A DNA stretch of 51,442 nt, from NCBI GenBank assembly GCA_964525395.1, contig CAZGGU010000001.1, positions 20,456 through 71,897 of the forward strand. The letters are read 5' to 3'. This DNA comes from an uncultured Gammaproteobacteria bacterium. Its GTDB lineage: Bacteria; Patescibacteriota; Microgenomatia; Levybacterales; UBA12049. Positions within the stretch are counted from its first letter, which is position 1. Each line of letters starts with the position of its first letter. The notes under the pieces were generated by a model that did no database searches, had not been told where the DNA came from, and saw nothing but the letters and a program-made list of their open reading frames with translations. This document shows, piece after piece, positions 26,396 to 33,997 of this stretch. The translations under genes were made by a program, and so were the position numbers.

Positions 26396-26665
26396 TTAGT
26401 TTGCGAGTCCTACTTTTTTAGTAATATCTGTTGCTCTTATTTTATCAACTTTTGTCAATAAATTTACAAGTCTTCTTCTTTTAGCGATCATGGTAAGGAG
26501 TCCTCTTCTTGAGTGAACATCATGCCCATGAGCTTTTAAGTGTTCTGTTAATTTTTCAATTCTTGTTGTGAGTAATGCAATCTGGACTTCAGGACTTCCT
26601 GTGTCGCCTTTTTGTGTTGCATATTTCTCTATAATTTCTTGTTTTTGTGTTGTTGAAAGTGGCAT
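26396..26665 (-). CDS. rpsO: 30S ribosomal protein S15
   Basis: 89 aa. GDTGSPEVQIALLT.RI..LT.HLK.H.HD.HSRRGLL is the canonical S15 sequence. Confidence 0.97.
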   Translation of the reverse strand: MPLSTTQKQEIIEKYATQKGDTGSPEVQIALLTTRIEKLTEHLKAHGHDVHSRRGLLTMIAKRRRLVNLLTKVDKIRATDITKKVGLAN

Positions 26666-26673
26666 AGGAAGGT

Positions 26674-26682
26674 ATTATATCA
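26674..26682 (-). promoter_or_regulatory. extended -10 promoter (TGaTATAAT) of rpsO, leaderless geometry
   Basis: On the minus strand: TGATATAAT, then 8 nt to the ATG at 26665. No Shine-Dalgarno sequence. Confidence 0.5.
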
Positions 26683-26694
26683 AAGTTCGTTCAT

Positions 26695-27696
26695 TTACTC
26701 AACATTTGTTGAGCCTTTATAAATTTTAGGCTGTAGCCAGTCATTTGGAGCAGCTTCCTGAGCAGGTGCTGCGTTAATAGGATTTGGTTGTCTATTTTGG
26801 TTTTGAGTCATATTTTGATTTGGATTTACTGGTGCGAACTCTTGATTTTGAGCTGATTGCTGGATAGGTCTTGGGGCACTGTTTGCTCTAGGCTGGTTTT
26901 GTCTATTATTTTGCTGAGCTGCAATAGCTTCCATTACTTTTTGGGCCTGATTATTAACATGTGCGGGTTTAGCAGATTCTCTCCTAGCTCCTGCTCTCAT
27001 TAAAATTCCTGCCATTTCAAATCCAAGTGAACTTGTTTTTGGACTTTGGAAATTAGCTGTTGCACCCATTAGACCTGACATTAAATTTTGGGCGATATCT
27101 AAATCTAGTGGAAATCCGAGAGTTAAGATAAGATTTGCAACTTGCTCAGAAACTGAAGATGCACCCTGTCCCATAATTACTACATCTCCATATCCTTCAT
27201 TATTTCCTACTTTATCAATATTAATAATCACTGTATCTTTCAGTCCCTCAACATCAAAAGAGGCTGACAAATCTGAAATTCTTTTTACTCCTACTGCGAT
27301 TAAAACCGCAGGTATATCTCCAGCACGTCTAAATAACACATCTTTTTCACCAAAAGAAAGTGTATTGTTGTCTTTTGGCTTAACGATAATATTTAAGAAT
27401 CCAGCTTCGAGAGTATATGAAACTTTTCCAATTTCATCTTCTTGGTATGGAAATGAGACTACTAAATCACCGTTTGAAGATTCAAATCTTGATTTAACTT
27501 GATCAATTCCCACGAGCGAAGAAACTTCCACAAGGGGCTGTTTTCCTGAAACTACAGAAACATTTTTTCCGTTAGTTTTTAAAGCTAATTGCAGTGCGAG
27601 AGCTGCTCCCATTTCATCAATTGTGTAGTTATTTCCTACCACAATTGCATATGAACCGTCTTTATTTAAAATATCTTTAAGTCTTTGAATATCCAT
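26695..27696 (-). CDS. DHH-family (NrnA-like) protein with degenerate catalytic motifs and a Q/N/P-rich tail replacing DHHA1
   Basis: The fold pattern and the infB-...-rpsO synteny fit NrnA. However, motif I reads GNNYTIDEMG, the DHH motif reads IDKVGNN and the DTGxF motif reads ATANF. The C-terminal ~90 aa is low complexity. Confidence 0.6.
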   Translation of the reverse strand: MDIQRLKDILNKDGSYAIVVGNNYTIDEMGAALALQLALKTNGKNVSVVSGKQPLVEVSSLVGIDQVKSRFESSNGDLVVSFPYQEDEIGKVSYTLEAGFLNIIVKPKDNNTLSFGEKDVLFRRAGDIPAVLIAVGVKRISDLSASFDVEGLKDTVIINIDKVGNNEGYGDVVIMGQGASSVSEQVANLILTLGFPLDLDIAQNLMSGLMGATANFQSPKTSSLGFEMAGILMRAGARRESAKPAHVNNQAQKVMEAIAAQQNNRQNQPRANSAPRPIQQSAQNQEFAPVNPNQNMTQNQNRQPNPINAAPAQEAAPNDWLQPKIYKGSTNVE

Positions 27697-27707
27697 ATTT
27701 ATAAATG

Positions 27708-27747
27708 ATTAATGCGTTAACCTGTTAACTGGTTAATGTATTAATTT
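27708..27747. repeat. five tandem 8-nt units, ATTAATGC GTTAACCT GTTAACTG GTTAATGT ATTAATTT
   Basis: Read directly in the 71-nt infB/DHH-like intergenic region. Each unit carries a palindromic RTTAAY core. Confidence 0.7.
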
Positions 27748-27767
27748 TCTAAACCTATAGGCTTAGA

Positions 27768-29189
27768 TTAACTGTGGCATATTACCATATCGCCTATAGT
27801 AAAGTCAATAGAAGGCCCAACTATAATGCCGCATTCTGCGCCTGCCTCCACCTTAGAAGTTTGATCTTTACCAAGTCTTACAGAGTTAATAAATCCTTCC
27901 CCAATTACTTCATCTCCGCGCTCAATTCTGACTTTATCACCTTTAGCAACGCGTCCTTCAAGGACCTTAACACCCATAACTATTTGCTTATCAAAAGGGA
28001 ATGAGGCCAAAATCTTGGCTGTCCCATAAACTTCTTCTAAAAGCGAGAGCGCCTTACCTTCCACTACATCATTAATTTCATCAAGCATCTCGTAAATAAT
28101 GGTGTATGCTCTAATCAAAACTTTTTCTGTCGAAGCTAAATTAAGAACATCTGGCTTAATTTTTATATTAAATCCAAGAACAATCGCGCCAACAGATTTT
28201 GCTAAAAGAACATCAGCTGTCGTAATATCTCCTGTTTTTTTAAGAATTACATTTACTTTTTCAGGAAGTGAAGCATAAATAGCTTCAAGTGAACCTAAGG
28301 TATCAGCTACTAAAATCACTGAGATTATACCGTCTTCATTCTTAATAGGTCTTTTTTCTTCTTTTTCTTCAGGCTGAGTCTCGCTTCCCTTATAAACTAC
28401 AGCTCCTACTTCAGGTGCGCGCTCAAACCCCATGATCTCAACCGCATCTCCAATTCCAGCTTCGTTTACTTGTTTTCCTGTATCTGAAATCAGACTTTTG
28501 ACTTTTCCAGCCACTAAACCTGTGGTTATTTCATCACGAACTGCGATTTTTCCATTTTTAATAATGGCTGTAGCTCTTGGCCCGCCTTTAGAATCAGACT
28601 TTGATTCAATAATAATAGCCTTTAATGCAGATGCATCAGAAATTTCAGCAGATTTTGGATGTAAGTCATCAATAAGAAGTATCAAGTCCAAGAGCTCCTT
28701 AATGTTTAGCCCAGTTTTCGCACTAATTTCAATTACAGGCACATCTCCTCCCAAACCCTCAAGCATCACCTGCTCTCCCATTAGCTGTTGTTTAGCTTTT
28801 TCAGGATTTTTATTATCTGAATCAGCTTTTGTAAGCGCCACTAAAAATGGTAAACCAGAAGCTTTAAGAAGTGAGATACTTTCTTTTGTCTGAGGCTGAA
28901 CTCCATCTACGGCTGATACAACTAGTATTCCTATGTCTGCTGCCTGAGCACCACGGCCGCGCATTTTAGAAAAGGCTTCATGACCAGGAGTGTCAATGAA
29001 AGTAATTTTACGTTTTCTACCTTCATGCTCTAACTCAACTGTGGAAGCACCAATCTTTTGTGTAATTCCTCCATGTTCGCGGTCAGCAACTGAAGTTTTT
29101 CTGAGAGTATCTAAAAGCGTGGTTTTACCATGATCTACATGACCAAGTACGGCTACGACAGGAGGATAAGATTTTTTCTGATTGTCCAT
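27768..29189 (-). CDS. infB: translation initiation factor IF-2, minimal form (G domain to C2 only)
   Basis: Begins almost directly with VAVLGHVDHGKTTLLD, then DTPGHEAF and TKAD. The C-terminal beta-barrel/C1/C2 pattern follows. 473 aa, with no N-terminal domains. Confidence 0.93.
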   Translation of the reverse strand: MDNQKKSYPPVVAVLGHVDHGKTTLLDTLRKTSVADREHGGITQKIGASTVELEHEGRKRKITFIDTPGHEAFSKMRGRGAQAADIGILVVSAVDGVQPQTKESISLLKASGLPFLVALTKADSDNKNPEKAKQQLMGEQVMLEGLGGDVPVIEISAKTGLNIKELLDLILLIDDLHPKSAEISDASALKAIIIESKSDSKGGPRATAIIKNGKIAVRDEITTGLVAGKVKSLISDTGKQVNEAGIGDAVEIMGFERAPEVGAVVYKGSETQPEEKEEKRPIKNEDGIISVILVADTLGSLEAIYASLPEKVNVILKKTGDITTADVLLAKSVGAIVLGFNIKIKPDVLNLASTEKVLIRAYTIIYEMLDEINDVVEGKALSLLEEVYGTAKILASFPFDKQIVMGVKVLEGRVAKGDKVRIERGDEVIGEGFINSVRLGKDQTSKVEAGAECGIIVGPSIDFTIGDMVICHS

Positions 29190-29301
29190 AAAAAATTAAT
29201 TTTAAATTCTAAATTTGTAATCTTCATTGAATCTCCAATCATTTAATATTTAAACATTTAGTTTTCATTAAAAATTTAAAATTTCAAATTGAAAATTCAT
29301 A

Positions 29302-30567
29302 TTATTCAGAATCTTTGTCTGGGTCTTCTGGTTTCATTTCTGGTGTTTCACTTACTTCTTCTGCTACTTCTGCTGGCTTATCCGCCATAGCTTCAGCGTC
29401 GGTGGAAGTTTCAGGATCAGATTCATTTGCTGCAGCCTCTAATTCTTCTGCTACTTCTGCTTGAGCAACCTCTTTATTCTCATCTTCTGCAGTTTCCACT
29501 TCTTCAGATACAGCTTCAACAGTCTCTGGCTCTTCAACTTTTTCCTCATTTTCATTATCTCCCAAAACTGCATCAGCCGACTTCTCTTGTCCTTCCGAAG
29601 CTTCTTCAGAAGCAGAGAGAGGATCACCTTCAATTTCTATTCTATAACCAGTAAGTTTTGAGGCTAATCTTACGTTTTGACCATCTTTTCCGATAGCAAG
29701 TGATAACTCATCTTGAGGAACCTTAACTCTAGCTGTTTTATTCTCTTCATCGATTTCAACTGTAATATTTTTAGCTGGAGACAGTGCCTGAGCTACATAT
29801 TCTTTAGAATTTTCCTGGAACTGAATAATATCAATTTTTTCTAATCCATTAAATTCCTGAATAATAGCCTGGACACGAACTCCTTTTTGTCCTACGCATG
29901 AACCAACTGGGTCAATTCCTGACTGAGCTGATGCCACTGCAATTTTTGCTCTATTTCCTGGCTCTCTTTCAATAGATTTAATCTCCACTGAGCCTTGAGC
30001 TACTTCTGGAACTTCTCTTTTCAAAAGTCCTTCAAGAAGCCCATTGTCCGCACGAGAAACTACTACTTCTTCGCCCTTTGGTCCTTCATGAATTTCCTTC
30101 AAGTAAACTGTTATTCTCTGATTAAGATGATATTTTTCATTTGAAATCTGCTCTCCTGGAGGCATAATTCCTTCAGCTTTTCCAATATCTACAATAATAT
30201 TTGGCCCAGCGAATCTGAGCACCATACCATTTACGATAGTTCCAATTCTAACTTTATAGTCTGTGATTATCGCTTCTTTTTCTTTTTCGCGGATTTTTTG
30301 TAAGATTACTTGCTTAGCTGTTTGAGCAGCAATTCTTCCAAATCCTGGAGGAGTTACATCTTTTCCCTCGAACCAGATGTGAGCTTCACCTGAATTAGGA
30401 TCAAGCGTAGCTGAATAATCTTCAAGCTCTGTTTCAGGGTGATCTTTTCTAAAAGCTGCGAGGATAGCATTTTGTACGGTATCTAAAACGATTGAAGGAT
30501 CAATTCCTCTTTCGTTTGCAACCTGGTTCAATGCTAATGCGAATTCTGATCTTTGTATTGCTGGCAT
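29302..30567 (-). CDS. nusA: transcription termination/antitermination factor NusA with a 105-aa acidic tail
   Basis: N-terminal domain, S1, and KH1/KH2 (GACVGQKGVRVQ, AIGKDGQNVRLA). The tail is about half Glu/Asp. The track start is TTG at 30585; the ATG at 30567 (MPAIQRSEF) is preferred. Confidence 0.93.
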   Translation of the reverse strand: MPAIQRSEFALALNQVANERGIDPSIVLDTVQNAILAAFRKDHPETELEDYSATLDPNSGEAHIWFEGKDVTPPGFGRIAAQTAKQVILQKIREKEKEAIITDYKVRIGTIVNGMVLRFAGPNIIVDIGKAEGIMPPGEQISNEKYHLNQRITVYLKEIHEGPKGEEVVVSRADNGLLEGLLKREVPEVAQGSVEIKSIEREPGNRAKIAVASAQSGIDPVGSCVGQKGVRVQAIIQEFNGLEKIDIIQFQENSKEYVAQALSPAKNITVEIDEENKTARVKVPQDELSLAIGKDGQNVRLASKLTGYRIEIEGDPLSASEEASEGQEKSADAVLGDNENEEKVEEPETVEAVSEEVETAEDENKEVAQAEVAEELEAAANESDPETSTDAEAMADKPAEVAEEVSETPEMKPEDPDKDSE

Positions 30568-30606
30568 ATTTAATAAAAGATTCAATCACTTGAATCTCAT
30601 GCAACG

Positions 30607-30635
30607 ATTATACCAGAAAGGAGCCTCAGCTTCAA
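30607..30635 (-). promoter_or_regulatory. sigma70-type promoter of the nusA operon (leadered)
   Basis: On the minus strand: TTGAAG, 17 nt, TATAAT, then 39 nt to the ATG at 30567. Confidence 0.55.
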
Positions 30636-30666
30636 GGAAAAATGCAAATTAACTATTATTGAAGGT

Positions 30667-30909
30667 CTAAGGAGTTGGACTAATCATTACTTGAGTTTCT
30701 TTAAAACAACTCAAGATTTTTTCTTGATCACCATTAAATTTAGCTTCACAATTAGCAATCTTTGCGTCATTGAACCTTTTAACTGGATTCAGCGCTACCA
30801 AAACTCCTACCGCAAGTATACTCATCACAAAAAATGCGATTCCAAATGCAATTAAAATGAAAAATATGAAACTGCTATGTTTCTGTGATTTATTATTTTG
30901 TTTTGCCAT
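30667..30909 (-). CDS. small membrane-anchored protein (80 aa)
   Basis: One TM (FIFFILIAFGIAFFVMSILAVGVLVAL) and two Cys in the ectodomain. Its start overlaps the lepB stop. Confidence 0.5.
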   Translation of the reverse strand: MAKQNNKSQKHSSFIFFILIAFGIAFFVMSILAVGVLVALNPVKRFNDAKIANCEAKFNGDQEKILSCFKETQVMISPTP

Positions 30910-31463
30910 TATTCACAATTATTAAAACAGCGATTTGCATTAATAATGCTTACTATATTTGCTTCAGGCACAAAACCCCATGTACGAGAATCATAGCTAT
31001 GTTCTCTATTATCCCCCAACACAAAATAATTATTTTCAGGAACTGAGATTGTTTCACCTTCTGGAAATAAATCAGAGCCCGTTGTCATTCCCAGCTGGGT
31101 AGGAAATCCAAAAGCTTTTCCATTGACAAAGATATTACTATCTTGAATCTTAATTGTATCTCCTGGTACAGCTATAATTCGTGATATTCCATAACTAGTT
31201 GGATCCTTGGGAAACTTGAATACAACTGGTGTTCCCGTAGTCAAATCATCACCAGAATGATAGATGTCAGTTAAATAATACTGACCATTTTTGAAATTTG
31301 GATACATAGAGTCACCTTTTATCTGGAACGGTCTCGCTATTTGGGAGTATGTAAAACCGAAGATACCAATTGCTAAGATGGGAAGCGAAACAGCGCTAAC
31401 GCTTAAAAGCAAAGCCAAAATAATAAGATACTTTACTTTATTTGAACTTTTCTTTGCTGCCAT
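30909..31463 (-). CDS. lepB: type I signal peptidase (S26 family) with a non-canonical box D
   Basis: N-terminal TM, box B GDSMYPNF, and box E YFVLGDNREHSYDSRTWGFVP. Box D reads GISRIIAVPGD where (V/I)KR(V/I)IGxPGD is expected. Confidence 0.85.
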   Translation of the reverse strand: MAAKKSSNKVKYLIILALLLSVSAVSLPILAIGIFGFTYSQIARPFQIKGDSMYPNFKNGQYYLTDIYHSGDDLTTGTPVVFKFPKDPTSYGISRIIAVPGDTIKIQDSNIFVNGKAFGFPTQLGMTTGSDLFPEGETISVPENNYFVLGDNREHSYDSRTWGFVPEANIVSIINANRCFNNCE

Positions 31464-31466
31464 AAA

Positions 31467-32156
31467 TTAATAGAGAAATTTAAAAGAATTAACTACTGTA
31501 TCAAAAGCTCTAGTTTTTGAGGGATCATCTATGTTTTTCGAAGAGATAGTATAAATAATATCTCCTTTTTTAAAAAATACTTTCTTTTCTAAATAACCCA
31601 CCGGTTGTTCTTTTTTAATAATATTTGGATTCGAAGCACCTTTTCCATAGATGGTCTCAAGTAAAGACTCATAAATCCCTTCTGTCATTTCAAATTCTGA
31701 ATATACTGCATTAACCCCACCCACATTGCGTTCGGAATATTTCCAGCCATCTGTTATTTCACTAAACAATGATGAATTAGAAATTTTGGCATAATCCATT
31801 GCTGATTTTTTAGTACCGATCGGTATAATACCACTTATTTTTATTTTTGATTTTCCCCTAGATAACTCTAGGATAAAATTATTAAAATTTGTTTTATCGA
31901 TCTCTGCCGACGCATACGAAGTTAAACTGTAAGTTGGGGGATAATTAAATTTAAAATTTCTTGCAAGATCTATATAAACTTGTGTCGTAGGTGTTTTCGA
32001 AGCATCATAAATTTGAAAATATTTAGATGTGTAATTAATTGGAATAATATTTGTTTTGATGATTATCAGATAAATGACTATCGCTCCAATAATTAATGAG
32101 ATTAAAGCAGTTACTATATAGAAAGCTAGATTATTTGCATTTTTATGCTTAGCCAT
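31467..32156 (-). CDS. membrane-anchored exported hypothetical protein
   Basis: N-terminal TM. The ectodomain begins FKFNYPPTYSL, a DcrB/PsbP-like start pattern (weak). Confidence 0.5.
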   Translation of the reverse strand: MAKHKNANNLAFYIVTALISLIIGAIVIYLIIIKTNIIPINYTSKYFQIYDASKTPTTQVYIDLARNFKFNYPPTYSLTSYASAEIDKTNFNNFILELSRGKSKIKISGIIPIGTKKSAMDYAKISNSSLFSEITDGWKYSERNVGGVNAVYSEFEMTEGIYESLLETIYGKGASNPNIIKKEQPVGYLEKKVFFKKGDIIYTISSKNIDDPSKTRAFDTVVNSFKFLY

Positions 32157-32157
32157 A

Positions 32158-32943
32158 TTAGTTTAGCTTGAAGGTTTTAAGTGAGGCGTCGATTGCAGCC
32201 TGATTAGCAGCCCATGCATCTGGAGTTGATGTGGCAGTAAGCACATATACTTTTCCGTTATCTACGACTAATAATTGTCTGTTTACGAGACTGAGTCCGC
32301 TCTGAGAAAATGCACCATCCATTTGATATGCTTGCACTCCATTTACAGTAACAGTTTTTTCATTGGTAACTTTATATCCTGGAATAGCTTTAGCTAGCTG
32401 CTCTTTAGCTGCTTTTGCATAATCTGTAAGAGTAAAGCCGGGAGCATCCTCACTAACAACATTAATTGAAGTCTGAGGAGATTTCGGATTTGTAAACATT
32501 ACTACTACTCCCTGCTGATCGCCCTTCGTCCAACCTGATGGAGGAGTGAAACTAAAAGAACCATCTGAATAAACTCCTGATGAATCCACTGCTCCTGAAT
32601 TCATTGCTTCACCCGTAGGCACTGGGGACATATATTTATCTAGTCCTGCTTCTTTTGCACACTGCTCTACGCATGCATTTTGCTGATCTTTAGGCATTTC
32701 CTGACATTTCTTGGAACATTCATAAACTTTTCCAAGATCTTGTTTAACTTGCGGATCAATCTTATCAAATGCGCTTTTAACTCCAACACCAATTAGGACG
32801 ATAAGGGCTAGAATAATTCCAAAAATAATAAGTACTATATATAAGAGCTTGTGGGATTTCTTTTTTTCAGCAGATGTTGATTCCTTAGGAGCTTCTACCT
32901 TAGTTTCTGTTTTTACTTCTGTTGTCTTATTATTTTCTTCCAT
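32158..32943 (-). CDS. membrane-anchored exported protein, Cys-rich helical segment plus DcrB/PsbP-like domain
   Basis: TM, then CSKKCQEM..QNACVEQC, then FSFTPPSGWTKG...VNGVQAY...GKVYVLTATS, typical of the DUF1795/PsbP-like fold (by eye). Confidence 0.5.
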   Translation of the reverse strand: MEENNKTTEVKTETKVEAPKESTSAEKKKSHKLLYIVLIIFGIILALIVLIGVGVKSAFDKIDPQVKQDLGKVYECSKKCQEMPKDQQNACVEQCAKEAGLDKYMSPVPTGEAMNSGAVDSSGVYSDGSFSFTPPSGWTKGDQQGVVVMFTNPKSPQTSINVVSEDAPGFTLTDYAKAAKEQLAKAIPGYKVTNEKTVTVNGVQAYQMDGAFSQSGLSLVNRQLLVVDNGKVYVLTATSTPDAWAANQAAIDASLKTFKLN

Positions 32944-32974
32944 AAATCAATATTGTCAAAGCGAGCTATAAATG

Positions 32975-33505
32975 TCAATTATCAGATTCGTTTTGCTCTT
33001 GTTCACCTTGTTGGCCCTGGTCTTGTCCCTGCTGGTTTTGATTTTGCTGATGTTGACCTCCACGTTGCATGTTTCCCTTTCCATTTTGTTGGTTGTTATT
33101 TTGCTTCTGCACTTGAGGCTTACATTTTGTATTTTTATTGCAAGCTTTCATCACCTTTTCAAATAATTGCTGAGGATTACCGCAACTAGATGAACTAATA
33201 GAACTGCTCGTTCCATCCCCACATGTGTAAGTTACTTTTTGGAAACCCATCTTCTCATCACAAGAAGATGAAAAAGTAATTGAGCTAATTTTAGTTGGCT
33301 TGCATGCGCCCGACGGCTTGGGAGAAAGATTACTTGTTTTCTTCCCAATAAAATCGCTGACTCCAAGCACTGAACCTTGAGATTGATTAAGAACAAAGAG
33401 GAATAATAATGCTGGAAGAGAAACGATCATTATCTTCTTCCATAAAACAATTGTACTCCCAGAAGATTTAGGCTTTGATGATTTTCGTCGTGTTATTTTA
33501 GGCAT
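32975..33505 (-). CDS. secreted Cys-containing protein with a Q/N/G-rich low-complexity tail
   Basis: Signal anchor, 6 Cys, and a C-terminal QKQNNNQQNGKGNMQRGGQHQQNQNQQGQDQGQQGEQEQ tail. Confidence 0.5.
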   Translation of the reverse strand: MPKITRRKSSKPKSSGSTIVLWKKIMIVSLPALLFLFVLNQSQGSVLGVSDFIGKKTSNLSPKPSGACKPTKISSITFSSSCDEKMGFQKVTYTCGDGTSSSISSSSCGNPQQLFEKVMKACNKNTKCKPQVQKQNNNQQNGKGNMQRGGQHQQNQNQQGQDQGQQGEQEQNESDN

Positions 33506-33511
33506 TAAGTT

Positions 33512-33541
33512 ATTATCATCATATTTGTCTTACAGTGTCAA
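33512..33541 (-). promoter_or_regulatory. promoter of the exported-protein/lepB operon, leaderless geometry
   Basis: On the minus strand: TTGACA, 18 nt, GATAAT, then 6 nt to the ATG at 33505. Confidence 0.5.
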
Positions 33542-33565
33542 CAAAGTTGTGTCTAGAAATGCAGG

Positions 33566-33997
33566 TTATAAAAGTAAAGTATTCACAATCATGTAAACAA
33601 TCCATTTATTGTAAATGTAGTGAATTAAAACAGCGATAATGAAAGCCAAAATCAACCAGTAAACCCCTTTTTTTCCTAATAAATAAATAAATATAAAATT
33701 AGACGTATGAATAATGGTCGTAAAAACTAAACGGATTAAAAAAAGATTTGTATTTCCATTCAGAAATATATTATTTAAATATAAAATCGCTTCTGAAACA
33801 GAAAACAATATTCCCGCAAGAACTAGATACTTTAAGAGACTTTTCTTTAAAACTTTTTCTTGCTTATAAATAAGCAATACTATTAAAACCGTAAATAATT
33901 CTTCAATTATTGAAGGTATGGGTATAATCCACTCAATAAACAAGATTGGAAGAGGTGCGACAAAAGCTGCAAACAAAATAAGATATAAAACATTCAT
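33566..33997 (-). CDS. small polytopic membrane protein, possible minimal PrsW-like intramembrane protease
   Basis: 4-5 TMs. IIEELF (EE), FSVSEA (FxxxE), IIHTSN and LIHYIYN (HxxxN) occur in the order of the PrsW motifs. ATGA overlap with the upstream 1044-aa gene. Confidence 0.35.
   Translation of the reverse strand: MNVLYLILFAAFVAPLPILFIEWIIPIPSIIEELFTVLIVLLIYKQEKVLKKSLLKYLVLAGILFSVSEAILYLNNIFLNGNTNLFLIRLVFTTIIHTSNFIFIYLLGKKGVYWLILAFIIAVLIHYIYNKWIVYMIVNTLLL

Noticed and set aside
32953-33189. Two plus-strand ORFs (32953-33189, 32972-33166)
   Set aside because: They are antisense to the Q/N-rich tail of the 32975-33505 gene. The low-complexity repeat keeps the opposite frames open.
33440-33505. 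TRRKSSKPK near the N-terminus of the 176-aa secreted protein as a Tat signal
   Set aside because: The RR pair is about 20 residues from the hydrophobic core and lacks the xFLK context, so it fits a basic n-region of a Sec signal anchor.
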